64,000 nucleotides of DNA, taken from contig CP158636.1 in NCBI GenBank assembly GCA_050273025.1, forward strand, positions 7,812,001-7,876,000, given 5' to 3'. The translations under genes and the position numbers were made by a program. Under the pieces are notes generated by a model. It made no database searches and had not been told where the DNA came from. It worked only from the letters and a program-made list of their open reading frames with translations. Below, piece after piece: positions 1 to 13,000 of the stretch; position 1 is the stretch's first letter; the number at the start of each line of letters is the position of its first letter. The DNA comes from Cenococcum geophilum (Eukaryota).

Positions 1-647
1 TTAATCTATAGTATAGCCTTTAAGCTCCGTAGCAAAAGTCTAATAGTATTATTAGCTTGAATATAGGTGGCGCTAGTTTATAGCGTAGTGTTCGATCTCC
101 GCAGCGATCTCTACGTGCGGTTATTACGAATTAACGTGGCCTTATTAATAATCCTACTGGCAATAGTCTATTGTTAGTAGCAATCTGCGGTAATTTAGTA
201 TTAACGGCGACGGCAAACTGCCGCATTATAGCACCCTTTATAGTAACTTAGCAGCAGGATACTAAAAGGGAATTAGCCTATATAGCGGGTGTGGATGGAT
301 ATCTATAGGGTCGGTGTAGTGGTTCGGCAGCTTATTTATTAACTTAGGCTTATCGCTTATAGCAGCTTTTAAATAGTTCGTCTAATTAATTATATATTAG
401 TGCTTAATAACTATATACTTCGCCTAGTGGCTCGCTAGTATAGTTAGAAAGCTTATTCTAACGCGTAGACTTACGGGCTAATATATTAGCCACTATAGAG
501 TTAGCTCTCTTCTAGCCGGCAGAATTAACTAGAGGTAAATTTAGCACTTCCTACCGCTCTGCTTAAGTAAGAAGTACTACCTTTACTTATATAGCTAGTG
601 CTAATACGACTCTAAACCAGTCTCTTTAGCTAATCCTCCCCTCTAGT

Positions 648-1072
648 TATAACGGAACCTTATAGCAAGAACTACGATGGGTTCGTCAATGGGCTAGGTG
701 TGTAGGAAATGCAAGTATAAAAGTCAACAACGTAATAACAACTGGTGGAGTAGTTGCCTAACAGATTAACTCTAATTGTATTCTAAGAATCACTATAAGG
801 AAGGAACTATCTAGGTAAGGACTAAGGGTCCTTAAATACACAACCGTACTCCTATAAAATCCTTCTTATACGTAATATACGTCTTATACGTAAGGTACGT
901 AAGTTTCTCTTATTCCTTTTGTTTAATACGTAGCACATTATATAACCTTGGTTACTATTTCTCGTTATATAGTTCTACCGGCTTTATTCTGGACCGTGCC
1001 TAAATTAACTAACTAGCTTCTTCTAACTTTTCTCTAAGTAGTCGTAACATTATACTTAAAGTGTCCGTAATA
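648..1072 (-). repeat. 3' LTR of Gypsy-1
   Basis: TATAACGG...CCGTAATA (RIP form of TGTAACGG...CCGTAACA); matches 8143-8567. Confidence 0.95.
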
Positions 1073-1180
1073 CTATCTCCCTTCTCTTTATCTTCGTCCT
1101 TAAAGATTTAAAATATCTCTAAGTTATTTACTAGAGGTGTAATATCCGTTTAATTAATTTAGTTAATATTATTGCTTATT

Positions 1181-1850
1181 ATACCTAAAGCAATTTCTTC
1201 TTTACACGCCTAACGTCGTGCTCGCACTGTTACTGCAATATTATTTCTTAGTAAGATTATACCGTCTCCGTGTTCTCGTTGTTTAAAAGAGGGGTTAGTT
1301 TATATTACGTTAGCGAACCTATCTTTGCGACAACCATCCTCTTACTTAAAGTATACTAAAGCGAATATTTATTTATTCTATGACGTTTGCTCTACTTCTA
1401 ATGCTAAATATACGCGACCTATTACTCTTAATAGTCGTCTAGTTCCCTAGTTAATTTATCTTAGGGTTTTATATTTAATCTACTGCTATATGGCTAGATA
1501 GTAAACTGTCATAAGCCCTTGCTAAGTTAGAACGTTCCCGTAATGCGGAATAAAAGGCCCTAGATACTTAAATTACAGCGTTTACTCGTCTGCTTCGTCT
1601 TAAGAAGGTTTATAAAAAGGTTTATTCTAAGGAGTAAAAACTTATAGAATAAGGTTTATAGGAACTAAGTAATAAAAGAACGGATTCTTCTCTAATAGAG
1701 AAGGAAACAGATCTAAGTAATTCGGCAACTACTCTTCTTAGGTCCCCCTTAGGTAACTTATTCTTTAGCGATCCTTTTTTATTAATACTGCCTAACCTAA
1801 TCTCTTTTGATACTCCTATACCTTTCCTATAGCGTTCTTTAAATTCTCTA
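1181..1850 (+). pseudogene. Antisense accessory ORF of Gypsy-1 with Zn2Cys6-like cluster and coiled coil, RIP-degraded, probably one intron
   Basis: De-RIP reading MPKAISSSHAQRRARTV...PSPCSRCLKEGLVC...QPSSCSECTKANMRSSCDV, then RLLRLKKVHKKVHSKEQKL. CSRC is intact; the other Cys positions are TAT/TAC codons. End approximate. Confidence 0.7.
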
Positions 1851-4800
1851 GTGGCTCCTAGGTAGTCTTAGTATAGCCTATCCACTTAACCTCGTACCAT
1901 GTTTCGTCGTTAATATCCTTATAATTAATAATCTTTAATACTTGCTATTCGTCTTTTTCTTATCCTCTATATATGTCTGCTTTATAGACTGGTAGCTTAA
2001 TATTCCTATATACTGGCTTTAGTATTACGATATGCTATATAGGGTAGATCTTTATTTTAGCTGGTAGGTTTAACTTAATATAACTAGTAAAATTCTTTTC
2101 TTAATTTTAAAAGGTCCTAGTCTAACGTAGTCCAATTTCTTACTTAGTCGTTAACTCTTAAAATTTTTATATAGTAGCCACACTTTATCTCCCTCCTTAA
2201 GATCTGGTCCCTTAGATCTCTTAGCATTATAGTACTTTTTTATTCTCTCTTATACTTTCTTTACTAATTCCATAAGGTCTATATAAAGATTCATTAATGT
2301 CTTTATTCTCTTTTTAGCTGTACTACTTATTTTCTTCACTTGCTATAATAACAATAATATTCTTAGCTTATATCTATAATTTGCCTTAAATAGTAATATG
2401 CCTATTCCTTCTTAAGGTGTTATATTATATATAAACTGTATAACTAGTAATAGCAATACCCAATTGTTCTATATATAATTAATATAATGCCTTAGGTACT
2501 GCTCTAGCGTCTAATTTAACCTTTCCGTTTAACCGTCTGTCTGCGGATAATATATAGTAGAAGTTACTGCTTAAACTCCTTGCTTCGCTAAGAATACTTC
2601 CTAGAATACTGCTACGAATCTTAGATCTCTATCCAATATAATCTTACTTAGTGCTCCATGTCTTATAAACACTTCTTTAATATAAATTTTAGCAATATCT
2701 TCCGCTAAGATTTCTTCTATACATGCTATAAAGTATCCCCACTTCGTAAGCTTATCTACTATTACTAAGATCGCGTTATAATCTTGTCCGGTAATAGGAT
2801 CTTTTAATTTTAGTAACTTAATAATAAAGTCCCATAATATAACCTCCCATAGTTTCTCTGGTATTTTAATAGGTTATAGCCCTCTATATAGCTTATACCT
2901 TATTAGTTTATTCCTTTAATAATTTAAATATTCCTTTATAACTTTTCTAGCTATCCTCTAAATTCCGTTAATAATGTACTCCTCCTAGAGTCTTAACACT
3001 AAGCCCGTAGCTCTATTATGTCCTTAAATTAGTCTCTTATAGAAGTCCTCTACAAACTACTCTGCTATGCTTCTTAGGATATACTTTACTTCTCAATTTT
3101 TATATATATCCGTCTATAGATCTTTTAGCTATACTTCTAAAATTCTTTATACCTAAAAGCTTTCTAGTGTCTCGTAGACTTTCTCTAATTTATTATCTTC
3201 TTAAGTTACTATAATTTTCGGATAATTGTACCTAATTAATCCGTCTATATCTTTTCGCAATAAAGCCCCTAATGGCTTTTCCTTATTTTATAGTTTAGCT
3301 TTACGGCTTAGAGCATCTGCCCGCGTATTATCTGTACCCTTAGTATACTAAATCTTAAAATGGTATTCCGTAAGTATCTCTACCCATCTAACCTATCTTT
3401 AGTTAAGTTCCTTTATTATTAGGAATCCTATTAGGTTCTTATAATCCGTCTTAACTATAAATAGTTTCTCTATGCCTTGCAAGAATGCTCTCTATTTTTT
3501 TAATACTATAACTATACCTAATAACTCCTTATTGTAGATGTTATAGTTTAACTCTAGTGGTATTATCTTCCAACTATAGTATACCACTAGGTGCCATCCA
3601 TCTTAATGCCTTTATATAAAGTATACCCCTAGTACATAGTCTAATACATCTGTTTTTATAACCGTCTCTAGTCCTAGTTAATAGATCTTAAGAACTGGCT
3701 CCTAGGTAAACAACTCTTTAACTTTTTTAAAGAGTTCTCTTTACTTCTCTCCCTATACCTATAGTTCTTCTTTCTTTATTAACCGCGTAAATAGCTTAAT
3801 ATTCTTTAACCACTACGCTATAAACCTTCTATAGTAATTGCAAAACCCTAGAAACAATTTTAACTGTATAACGTTCTCTAGTTCCTACTAATTCACTATA
3901 GCCTTAATCTTCTTTAGATCTATACTAAGTTGGCCTAGTTTAATAATAAATCTAATAAAATCGGTCTTCCTAGTAAAGAACTCATATTTCTTAATTGCTA
4001 CTAGCATCTGTTCTTCTTATAGTCTCTTTAAGACCTATTTAACGTATTCTCCGTGTTCTTCCTTAGTTATTAAGTAAATAATAATATCGTTAAGATATAC
4101 CATAACAAATTCATCTAAGTATTCTCCTAATACATTATTAATACGCTTCTGGAATATTACTAGTGCGTTTATAAGCCCAAATTATATAACTAATGGTTTA
4201 TATAGTCCTTCCTTTAACCTAAAGGCTGCCTTCTATTTATCGCCTTCCTTAATCCTAATCTAATAGTACGCCCATCTTAGATTTATCTTTATAAAGATTT
4301 ACGTATTACCTATCCTATCTTAGATTTCGCTAATTAAGGGTAAAAGATACCTATCCTTCCTAATAATGCTGTTTAACTGTCTATAGTCGATATACAGCCT
4401 TAGTTTACCATTCTTCTTTAGTATAAATAGTACTAGATAACCCGCTAATAACTACAATAGTCTAATATATCCCTTTCGTAGATTTTCCTAAATAAACTCT
4501 TTTAACGCTCTACCTTTTTCTTCGGTAAGCTTATAGATTAGAAAGAACTTTAGACTTATTCCTAGTTCTAACTCTATTTTATAATCCCATACTATATATT
4601 TTAATAGCTTTTTACTTTCCAGTAACTATAGTTTCTTACTATACTTATAGTATCTCTTTAGTACATAGCTTAGTCCTTTTTCTGTCTCTTTATAGGTTGC
4701 TCCTACTTAGTACTATACTAACTTAGCTTATTATTACATCTTACGGCGTTAAGTATCTCTAATATCGACCTAACCTATAATCCAATTAATCCTTAAATTA

Positions 4801-7800
4801 TATTCCTATAACTAAGGCATACCTAATACTACCTTATCCCATCCTAATGGTAGGATATTAAAAGATATCTTAATTTATCTTCCTTTAATAGTTATCTAAA
4901 TAGGTCCTATTTTAAGATTAATAATCCCTCCTCTATAGGTTATTAGATCTCCTAAAATCGTAACTAATAGGTAAAGTTACTCCTTTTATCTATAAGGTAG
5001 TCCTATTCTCTTAACTACTGCTAGTAAGATATAGTTTCGCGTTGCTCTACTATCTATTAGCGCTTTAAACTGCTAATTTTACCAATTAATTCATAAATTT
5101 AGGTGTCATCCTTAAATTCCTTTAAGGGTCTAAGGCTCTACTACTAGCTCCCTCTAGTCCCGTAGGCCTCTACTTTTCCCAACTATTAGCTGCTTAATCC
5201 TAGTATACTTAGCTCGCTCTTTAGCTAATGCCTAGTTCGCTTTTTATCTTTAATATACTATAGACACGTGTTTTCTAGGCATTCCCACTACTATTATCCG
5301 TCTAAGTATTCTTCCGTAAGGAATCTTCCTGGTTAAAGTACTAAACTTCCTTCCTCTTAGACCTCTATTGGATGCTATCTATATATATATTTAGCATTCC
5401 TATACTATTGCTCGTCTGTTATCTAGTATATCCTTATAGGGTATTTCCAATTCTTTTCTTTTAGATTCTTATGCATTTCGTATATATTATCCACGCATAT
5501 AATCCATAATATCGTATAGTATACTAGGTGCTTTAGGTTAACTTTTAGCTCGTCTTCGTCCCTAAGTTTAAACCTTTATCATGCTAATCTAAACGTTGTA
5601 ACTTTATTCGCAGGTACTAAAATACATCTCTCGCTTCTCCAGTCCTCTAAACATTCCTCTAGATCTTTTAATATTATAATTAAGGCTCCTTTAATATACG
5701 TCATGGCCTTCTCTATAATTAGGTGGTCCTAAATAACTTTTTTATCTAACCACATATAGAAATCTTCCCATTTATTATTGTGTTATTGCCTATACCACTT
5801 TTAATATAGCTGCCTAAGTGTATATAGCTTATCCGTAAGAAAATATCTCTTTATTGCTGCGTCGTAATAGCCTTTAGTATATCGTTCCTTAAACCTAGTA
5901 GGAATCCCTAAATCCTCTTCTTGTTCTAGTTCGGTAAGCCACTTAGCTCTTAGTGTGCCTACTCTTAGCCTATTAGTAATTCTTTGTACTAGTGCTCTGT
6001 CCTTTATACGTCCCAATATGCTAGATCTTTTATCTAGTTTCTATTCTTACTATATAATAATTCTTTGCCTAAACTCTTCTATGGTTTCTTTTAGTTTGCG
6101 CCTTACGCTCTAATCCTTAAAGTCGTCTTATTTCTTAATCTTAGTATTAACTTTTTAATCTTTAGGCTGAATACTATGCTCCCCTAGTAAGTCTTTTAGG
6201 TCTATATATCTATCTCCTAGTCTAATCGCTGTTTGCGCTATAGATTCTCTAATCTATAAAGAAGCTCTTTACCTCTTATTTATAGGTGTCCTAATTTATA
6301 CTCTAAATTCTTGGTCCCTTAGATTCTTTAATCCTAAGCTTACTTCTAACTTAAGCTTAGCTCCTGCCTTAGTCTAACTAGGCTTAACTAGTGTCCTTAT
6401 CTTATCTTAAGAGTCCTAGATCTCACTTATCTCGTCTTAAGAATCTTATACCGTTAGGAATTCTTATCCCAAGCTCATTCGTATGTCTTTAAACTGAGCT
6501 ATTACTCTGCTCTATCGGTTTCTATCTGTTATGGGTCCTTAAGCTTACCTTATCTCGTCTTAAGAATCTTAAGCCTTTAGCCTTTTGCCTTTATTAAGTG
6601 CCAAAGTGGTTTACTGTCCTACTTCTCTTGCGTCTTATAAAGCGATAGACATCGTATCTAGTGGGGTTTTAATCCCTACTAATGTTCCTTATTTTGTAAT
6701 AGAATTATCCTCTACTTCTAGTATAATATCTCTAAGGTCTGCTCACTCCTAGTAAGCGGCTCTTATTGCCTTATCGTCACGGAATATTTCGCCTAGGTTA
6801 AATTTATCGTCCTTAATATCCGATCTATAAACTGGTTTGTTGGTTCCTCTATATCCTATAAGTGCTGGCTCTTATAGCTAATAGCTTGCGCCATACTTAG
6901 CGTCCTTATAAATTTAGTATGCGTTATTATAACAAAACGCAAAACTTCTAATTAAACATTCTTTTGTTCCTCGTAGTATATTATCGTCCCTTTATATATG
7001 TATATCGTCTACTAGTCTCGTGCCCTTTACTATATAATAACTCTACCCACTTCTATAGTCTTTAACGTAATAACCCTGTTTTCCGTAATTTATATAAGCT
7101 CCTTTTTTAAACTATTTCTCTTGTTATGGAGTCCGCCTAAATATCTTCTGCTATTAAGATCCTTGATTTAGCCTCTGCTCCTTAGACCTTTAATTACTTA
7201 ATCCTTATCCTCTAGGTTTTTATGGTTTACTCCATCTCTTATAGGCTTCTTTAGTACCACTTAGGTCTATTAGCTCTGCGCTATACCATAGTTTCTAACT
7301 TAGCTTTTATCGTTACGTACTCTGCGCCTTATATAACTATAAAACTCTATCTTAGCCTTTCTTAGCCTGTTCCCTTTAGTAGATCTAATTGTTAATCTTA
7401 ATTACCTAATTTATTAGTTCCCTTAGGGTTTCCGCATCTTCTATTAGGATAATCACGTCCTAGACTTTAGCCTTAAGTCCCTATTTATACTGTGCTATAA
7501 GCGCCCTGTTATTCCACTCTACTTACATTGCTAGTGTCTGGAACTATATCGTATACTTAATTGCTAAAGTTTATTATATAAGGTTTTGGAGTTTTCTTTC
7601 CGCTGTAGTTATTCCTTTTAGGTCTCCAAATATCTGCGTAAGTTATTCTACGAATCCTTCCCAACTTAAGAACATAAATCGCACGTCTTAGTTAGTGGTC
7701 GTTATTCCATTTGCCTATATCTCCGTAAGGTAAGGTTTAAACCACTTAAGTGCTTTTCCTAATAAGAATAGTCCTACGTAGGCTATCCGATCCACGGGTA

Positions 7801-8098
7801 TAGGTAACTTTACTCCCTCCTGTGAGACCTTAAAGTGCATCTGCGTAAGGAATCCTTTAAGCTTTAACCTCTCTCCTGTAAATCTCTTAATTAATAGTAG
7901 CTTAATTTTTGCTGCTCCTATCCCGTTAAGTCTTTCTTCTAATACTATATTATTAGCTGTTAGCTAGTTAACTATTTCCTATAGCTGTCTGACCATTATA
8001 GGTTGCTATAAGTCAGTATCTGCCATACTGGTATCACCTCCTGTCCTTAAAGTAGTTGCTGCCGTTAATGGCGTTATAGTGGCTGCTTTTAGTGGCAT
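1780..8098 (-). pseudogene. gag-pol polyprotein of Gypsy-1, many RIP stops
   Basis: ATG at 8098; zinc knuckle C-x2-C-GKQGH ~7100; protease ALIDSGAT ~5060; RT motifs LRLCIDYRQLN and YLDDI ~4400-4090; RNase H TDASD ~3660; integrase ~3020-2300; chromodomain WYEVKWIGY..TTWEP ~1900. Confidence 0.92.
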
Positions 8099-8142
8099 GT
8101 TGTTTAACTTCTTATATTGATACTATAACTGGGTAGTGATTG

Positions 8143-8567
8143 TATAACGGAACCTTATAGTAAGAACTACGATAGGTTCGTTAATGGGCTAGGTGTGTAG
8201 GAAATGTAAGTATAAAAGTCAACAATATAATAACAACTAGTGGAGTGGTTGCCTAATAGATTAACTCTAATTGTATTCTAAGAATCACTATAAGGAAGGA
8301 ACTATCTAGGTAGGGACTAAGGGTCCTTAAATACACAACTGTACTCCTATAAAATCCTTCTTGTACGTAATGTACGTCTTATACGTAAGGTACGTGAGTT
8401 CCTCTCGTTCCTCTTGTTTAATACGTAGCACATTATATGACCTCAGTTACCATTCCTCGTCACATAGTTCTACCGGCTCTATTCTGGACCGTGCCTGAAT
8501 TAACCAACTAGCTTCTTCCGACTCTTCTCTAAGTAGTCGTAACATCGTACTTAAAGCGTCCGTAACA
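8143..8567 (-). repeat. 5' LTR of Gypsy-1
   Basis: Matches 648-1072; ends CCGTAACA followed by TSD CTAGT. Confidence 0.95.
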
Positions 8568-8669
8568 CTAGTACTGCACTAGCTAGCAGTATAACCTTAA
8601 AAAAGACGCTAAAACATTTATTTGCTAATATTAGTAGTAATGCAAGTATAAATAGGCCGTAGCTAAAGC

Positions 8670-9080
8670 GCCGGATATTAGAGCTTATAGCGCAGCATTA
8701 GGTCTTAGCCCTTAAAGCAATCTGGATATTAAAGCTTATAGCATAGCATTAAATCTAAATCCTTAGGGCAGCCTAAGTGTTAAAGCTTATAGTATAGCAC
8801 TAAGTCTTAACTTTTAGACGGGCCTAAGGTTTAATATTTGTAATATAGTACTAGATCTCCAATTATGAAAAATTCCAAAGTTTAATATCCGCGGCGTAGC
8901 ACCAGTTCCCAGGTAGTAGGAAATCCGGAAATTCAGAATTTATAACGCAGTATTAGATCTCCGCTCTTAGAAAATCCTAAGGCTTAGGATTTAAGTTGCG
9001 ATACTAGATCTCCGCTCCTAGGAAACTCTAAGGCTTAGGGTTTACAGGCTAATGCTTAATCTCTACCCTCTAAACTAGGC
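8670..9080 (+). repeat. Degenerate 51-bp tandem repeat, about 8 units
   Basis: Equivalent positions at 8683, 8734, 8785, 8836, 8887, 8938, 8989 and ~9040; period 51 = 17 codons. Confidence 0.8.
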
Positions 9081-9802
9081 GCAGCTTAGAATAAGTATAT
9101 ATAAGGTGGTTAATGTTTACTAAAGTAAGTTACTATAGTAGCGATTACTTATTAGTAAGCTAATTTAATAAAATCTACAGCGCGGATATTCACCTTTAAT
9201 TAACCTCCGTACCTTCTACCTCATAGCATCGCGCTATAAACTTTATCATTATTATTTCATCTACTGTCTATTAGCATACTACTATCTATAATGCCTTCTT
9301 TTATACCTCTAAATACATCCGACAGCTATTTAGTTAAGGAACTTAATATACGCGACGTTAACGATAAAATAATTAAGGACGCTTTTAAGGACGCCCTTTC
9401 TTTTACTAATTCTTTAGAGTCTTTACCTAAAGAGTAAGCTTTCTGATACTAAATTATGCCTGCAGCTAATATAATTTTAGGAAATATGTACTAAAGCACT
9501 CTTTATCGGATCTAGTAGAGCACCATAATAAGGTTATTGCGAAATCCACCGGAAATCCGCTTACCTCTTTACTGCCTACCTCTTTGCCGCCTACTTTTTT
9601 ACTACTTACCTCTTCACCGCCTGCCTTTAAGCCGCTTATTTCTTTATCGCCTACTACTTCTAAGAAGTTTAATCCTTATTATGCTTTTACTTCTCTTAAG
9701 AGGTAGGCTAATAAAATTGCTGCGCAAAATGTTTAGTATAAGATAGCCTTTAAATCGTATATATTAGCTATACTCTTTTAGTGTCTTATCTACTAATTTA
9801 CC

Positions 9803-10037
9803 TGTAACCGACTACCGAGGCTCGTATTACCTCGTGGCTCACTACCTCGTATGTCTCACATCGTATGTCTTACTACCTATTTTCATTACCTATTACCGAC
9901 TGTAAGCGCTGTCTACCTCGGCAATTGTGCATCATCGTCATTATCTTCCTGTCACCCACTTTGTGTATATATAGACGCTTTAGAGCTACATTTACAATTA
10001 AGTCGTTCATTCAATTCTTCGCACTGCAAAGCTTATA
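9803..10037 (+). repeat. 5' LTR of Copia-A
   Basis: TGTAACCG...GCTTATA; matches 18553-18787. Confidence 0.95.
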
Positions 10038-13000
10038 GTTATGAGCCCGGATTGCACTACCTGCTAAGCAATCAGTCTACCTGTTGCATTATTAATCTAC
10101 TACCTCATTTAAGAAGTCACTACTTCTACTACCTTTGTAGTGTCTCGAGCTTCTTCACCTATTAAACGAACGGACAATCAACCCCAGCCGACGACTGTAT
10201 GACCGACCGACGAACGAACGGACGAATTAAATTAAGAGTTCGGAACGTCAAAATAAGGTTTTCGCCAAGCCACTAATTGGACCCTGCCTGACCCCACAAA
10301 TTCTAAAAATAACGACCACTAACGAATCAAAAGTTAACCTTATCCTTAACTAGCCATCTGATTGGATACAGTGGTTCTTTATCATCTAAGATATTGCTAA
10401 AACTAACGAGGTATGGGAGTACATTGACCCATCTAAAAAGGGCGAGCGTCTAAAGCTAGAATAACTAAGTTGTCCCACACCAAGGGATATACTACCCACG
10501 GCTATATTGATAGCAAAGCTAGACCTAAGTTAGCTTACCGCCTATAACTAGCTCTATGCTGAATATAAAGACGATCTTCGCATATACGAGAAGTAAAAAC
10601 GGGCTATAAACGATATCAGCAACTATATTGTTCGCACTATATTAGTAGCCTACCTTCTATTTATTAACGACCTTAATATGGTACACAAACGGCTTTAAGC
10701 ACTTAAGACTGCACTAGCCCCTACTACCTTAGGTCGAAAACGAGACGTCCTTAATCAGTATATGGCTTTAAAAGCCTATAATAAAAAGCAGAGTATCAAC
10801 AAATGGTTAAATAACTGGCGAAATGTCTATAAGCTTACGGAGCAATTAGAGCTACTAGATGTGCAGGGATTTAGGCCATACTATGATTTTGTTTAAGTAA
10901 TTAAACCTATCTCTTCTAGTTTCACAGGAGCACTAGAAGTAGACCTTATTAGGAAAGAACGGAAGGATAAAGCCGCCCTATCTATTATTAATCTAATTGA
11001 GGAATTTAAGGAGCACTACTGTATGCAGCAAGCAGTATCCTCTGCTACCCCTGCCAATAACTCTGCTTTTGCAACTCTAGGTAATTTGAATTCTAATTTA
11101 GATTCCAACGGCAATTCTAATTCCAATTTTAATTCCAATTCTAAATGGAATAAGATATGCGTATGCGGCCTCAAGTATTGATTCGGCGACTGCTTCTATA
11201 TTATCGAGCGGAAGCGCCCTTAAGGATGGAAGCCAAACCCAGATGTCTAAAAGGAAGTAGACGAAAAGATCTTATCTATACCTTAGATTAAACGCATTGT
11301 TAACCTTATCTTAAAAAGAGAATAGGAAGCAAAGAAGAATATAGAATCTACAATAGATTTTAATTTTAAAACCCTACCGTCTAAGACCCCAACTAGCTAT
11401 GCTGCCGTGTTTAGTACTGGTTAATTTCCATTTGAACTTTAGAACACCTGGATACTTGACCCTGGTGCAGATACCCACGTCTGCAATAACTAAGAAGACT
11501 TTACTTTCTTTTACCTAGCTGTAGAAGACGACTACCTAATTGCTGGCGGAAATTTTGAAAAGATATAAGCTTACGGAACAGTAATGATTACTGTTAATAC
11601 ACCTACTGGGAGCTTAAAAATGAAGCTATTCTATGTAGCATTGGTACCTACCATGTTTATAAATATCGTAGCACTATTAAGAGCTACTGATAACGATATC
11701 CATTTTGACTCAGGACGAAACTTACTATACCGTCTAGCAACTGGCGAAACAGTATGCTATGCGAAACGACTAGGGGGCTACTAGGCACTAATGCACAGAG
11801 AGCCTACCCTAGATTTGACAACTCAATTAACCTTCTCAATAAGAAGACATTAACTAAGTAGAATGGCCCGTAAACCAGTCGGAGCTATAGCTACAAAATG
11901 GTACAAAATACTTGGCTATGTAGGACCTGACGCTATTGAACAGCTTCCTAAGCACGTCAATGGCGCAGAGCTTGAAGAGCTAATCGACGAATGAGCACCG
12001 CTTAAAATTGAATGTGAAGTCTGCTTATTAGTAAAGCACACGTAGCAGATCTCTTGAAGACGAGAACACGAATTTCCAGCCACTCGACCATTTGAGTGGG
12101 TAGTATTTAATATTATTACCTTTGGAGAACCAGGGTATAACGGCGATAGATATGTAATGCACTTCTATTGCACGTATTCCAAATTTAATTTTGTATTTAC
12201 CACTAAGAATAAGGATAAAGCTACTATCCTACCTACTATCCGTAAGACCCACCGTTTAATTAAAATATAATTTTACTAGGACGTCGTCTTCTTCTGGAGT
12301 AATAACGAACGTGCTTTTGGATAAATAGGAGATACCTTATATACATGGTGTGCAGACGAAGGCATTACTTTTAAATGCCGAGCACCGTATACCGAGGAAT
12401 AAAATGGTGGAGCAGAACGATCTGGACGAACCCTTATAGAATGATTAAGGGCTATGCAGCTAGAAGTATCCTTACCCCCATCCCTAGGACCAGAAGCTTT
12501 CTTTATTGCCGGCTACGTACTTAATCAAACCCTAAATAAGCAACTAGGATGGAAAACTCCATACGAGATTGCCTATGGCAACCCGCTATTACTTACCTAT
12601 ATGTATGTATACGGTTGTAAGACCTATACACTGGACAAACGAATTAAAAGGGAAGATAAACTAGCTCCTTGTACATCGATTGGACACCTAGTTGGCTACA
12701 ATTTAACAAATATCTATCGTATCTGGATTTTAAGTCTCCACAAAGTTATTTGAACTAGAGACGTCACGTTTGACGAGACCTCGTTCTATGACCCCAAGGG
12801 TTAAGACATCGACTACCTGCTAAGGGAAGCATTAGAAGACACTCTCTAGACGATTAGTCTACTAAAACCTCTCCACGAGGATGAATCTAAGGACGAATCA
12901 ATCCTATACACGGTCAATCTGGACCCTTAAAGATCTACCTCAGGTGCAGATTAAACGACTACACCTAAATTAAATGATTTAGCAGAGCTTCGTACGAAGG

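Larger units (their letters stand above)
648..8567 (-). mobile_element. Ty3/Gypsy chromovirus-type LTR retrotransposon, full length, RIP-inactivated (Gypsy-1)
   Basis: 425-bp direct LTRs at 648-1072 and 8143-8567; 5-bp TSD CTAGT at 643-647 and 8568-8572; polypurine tract on the minus strand next to 1073; domain order gag-PR-RT-RH-IN-chromodomain. Confidence 0.96.

Noticed and set aside
9851..10165. 104-aa ORF and its near-duplicate at 18550-18930
   Set aside because: They lie within the Copia-A LTRs; the duplication is the LTR pair.
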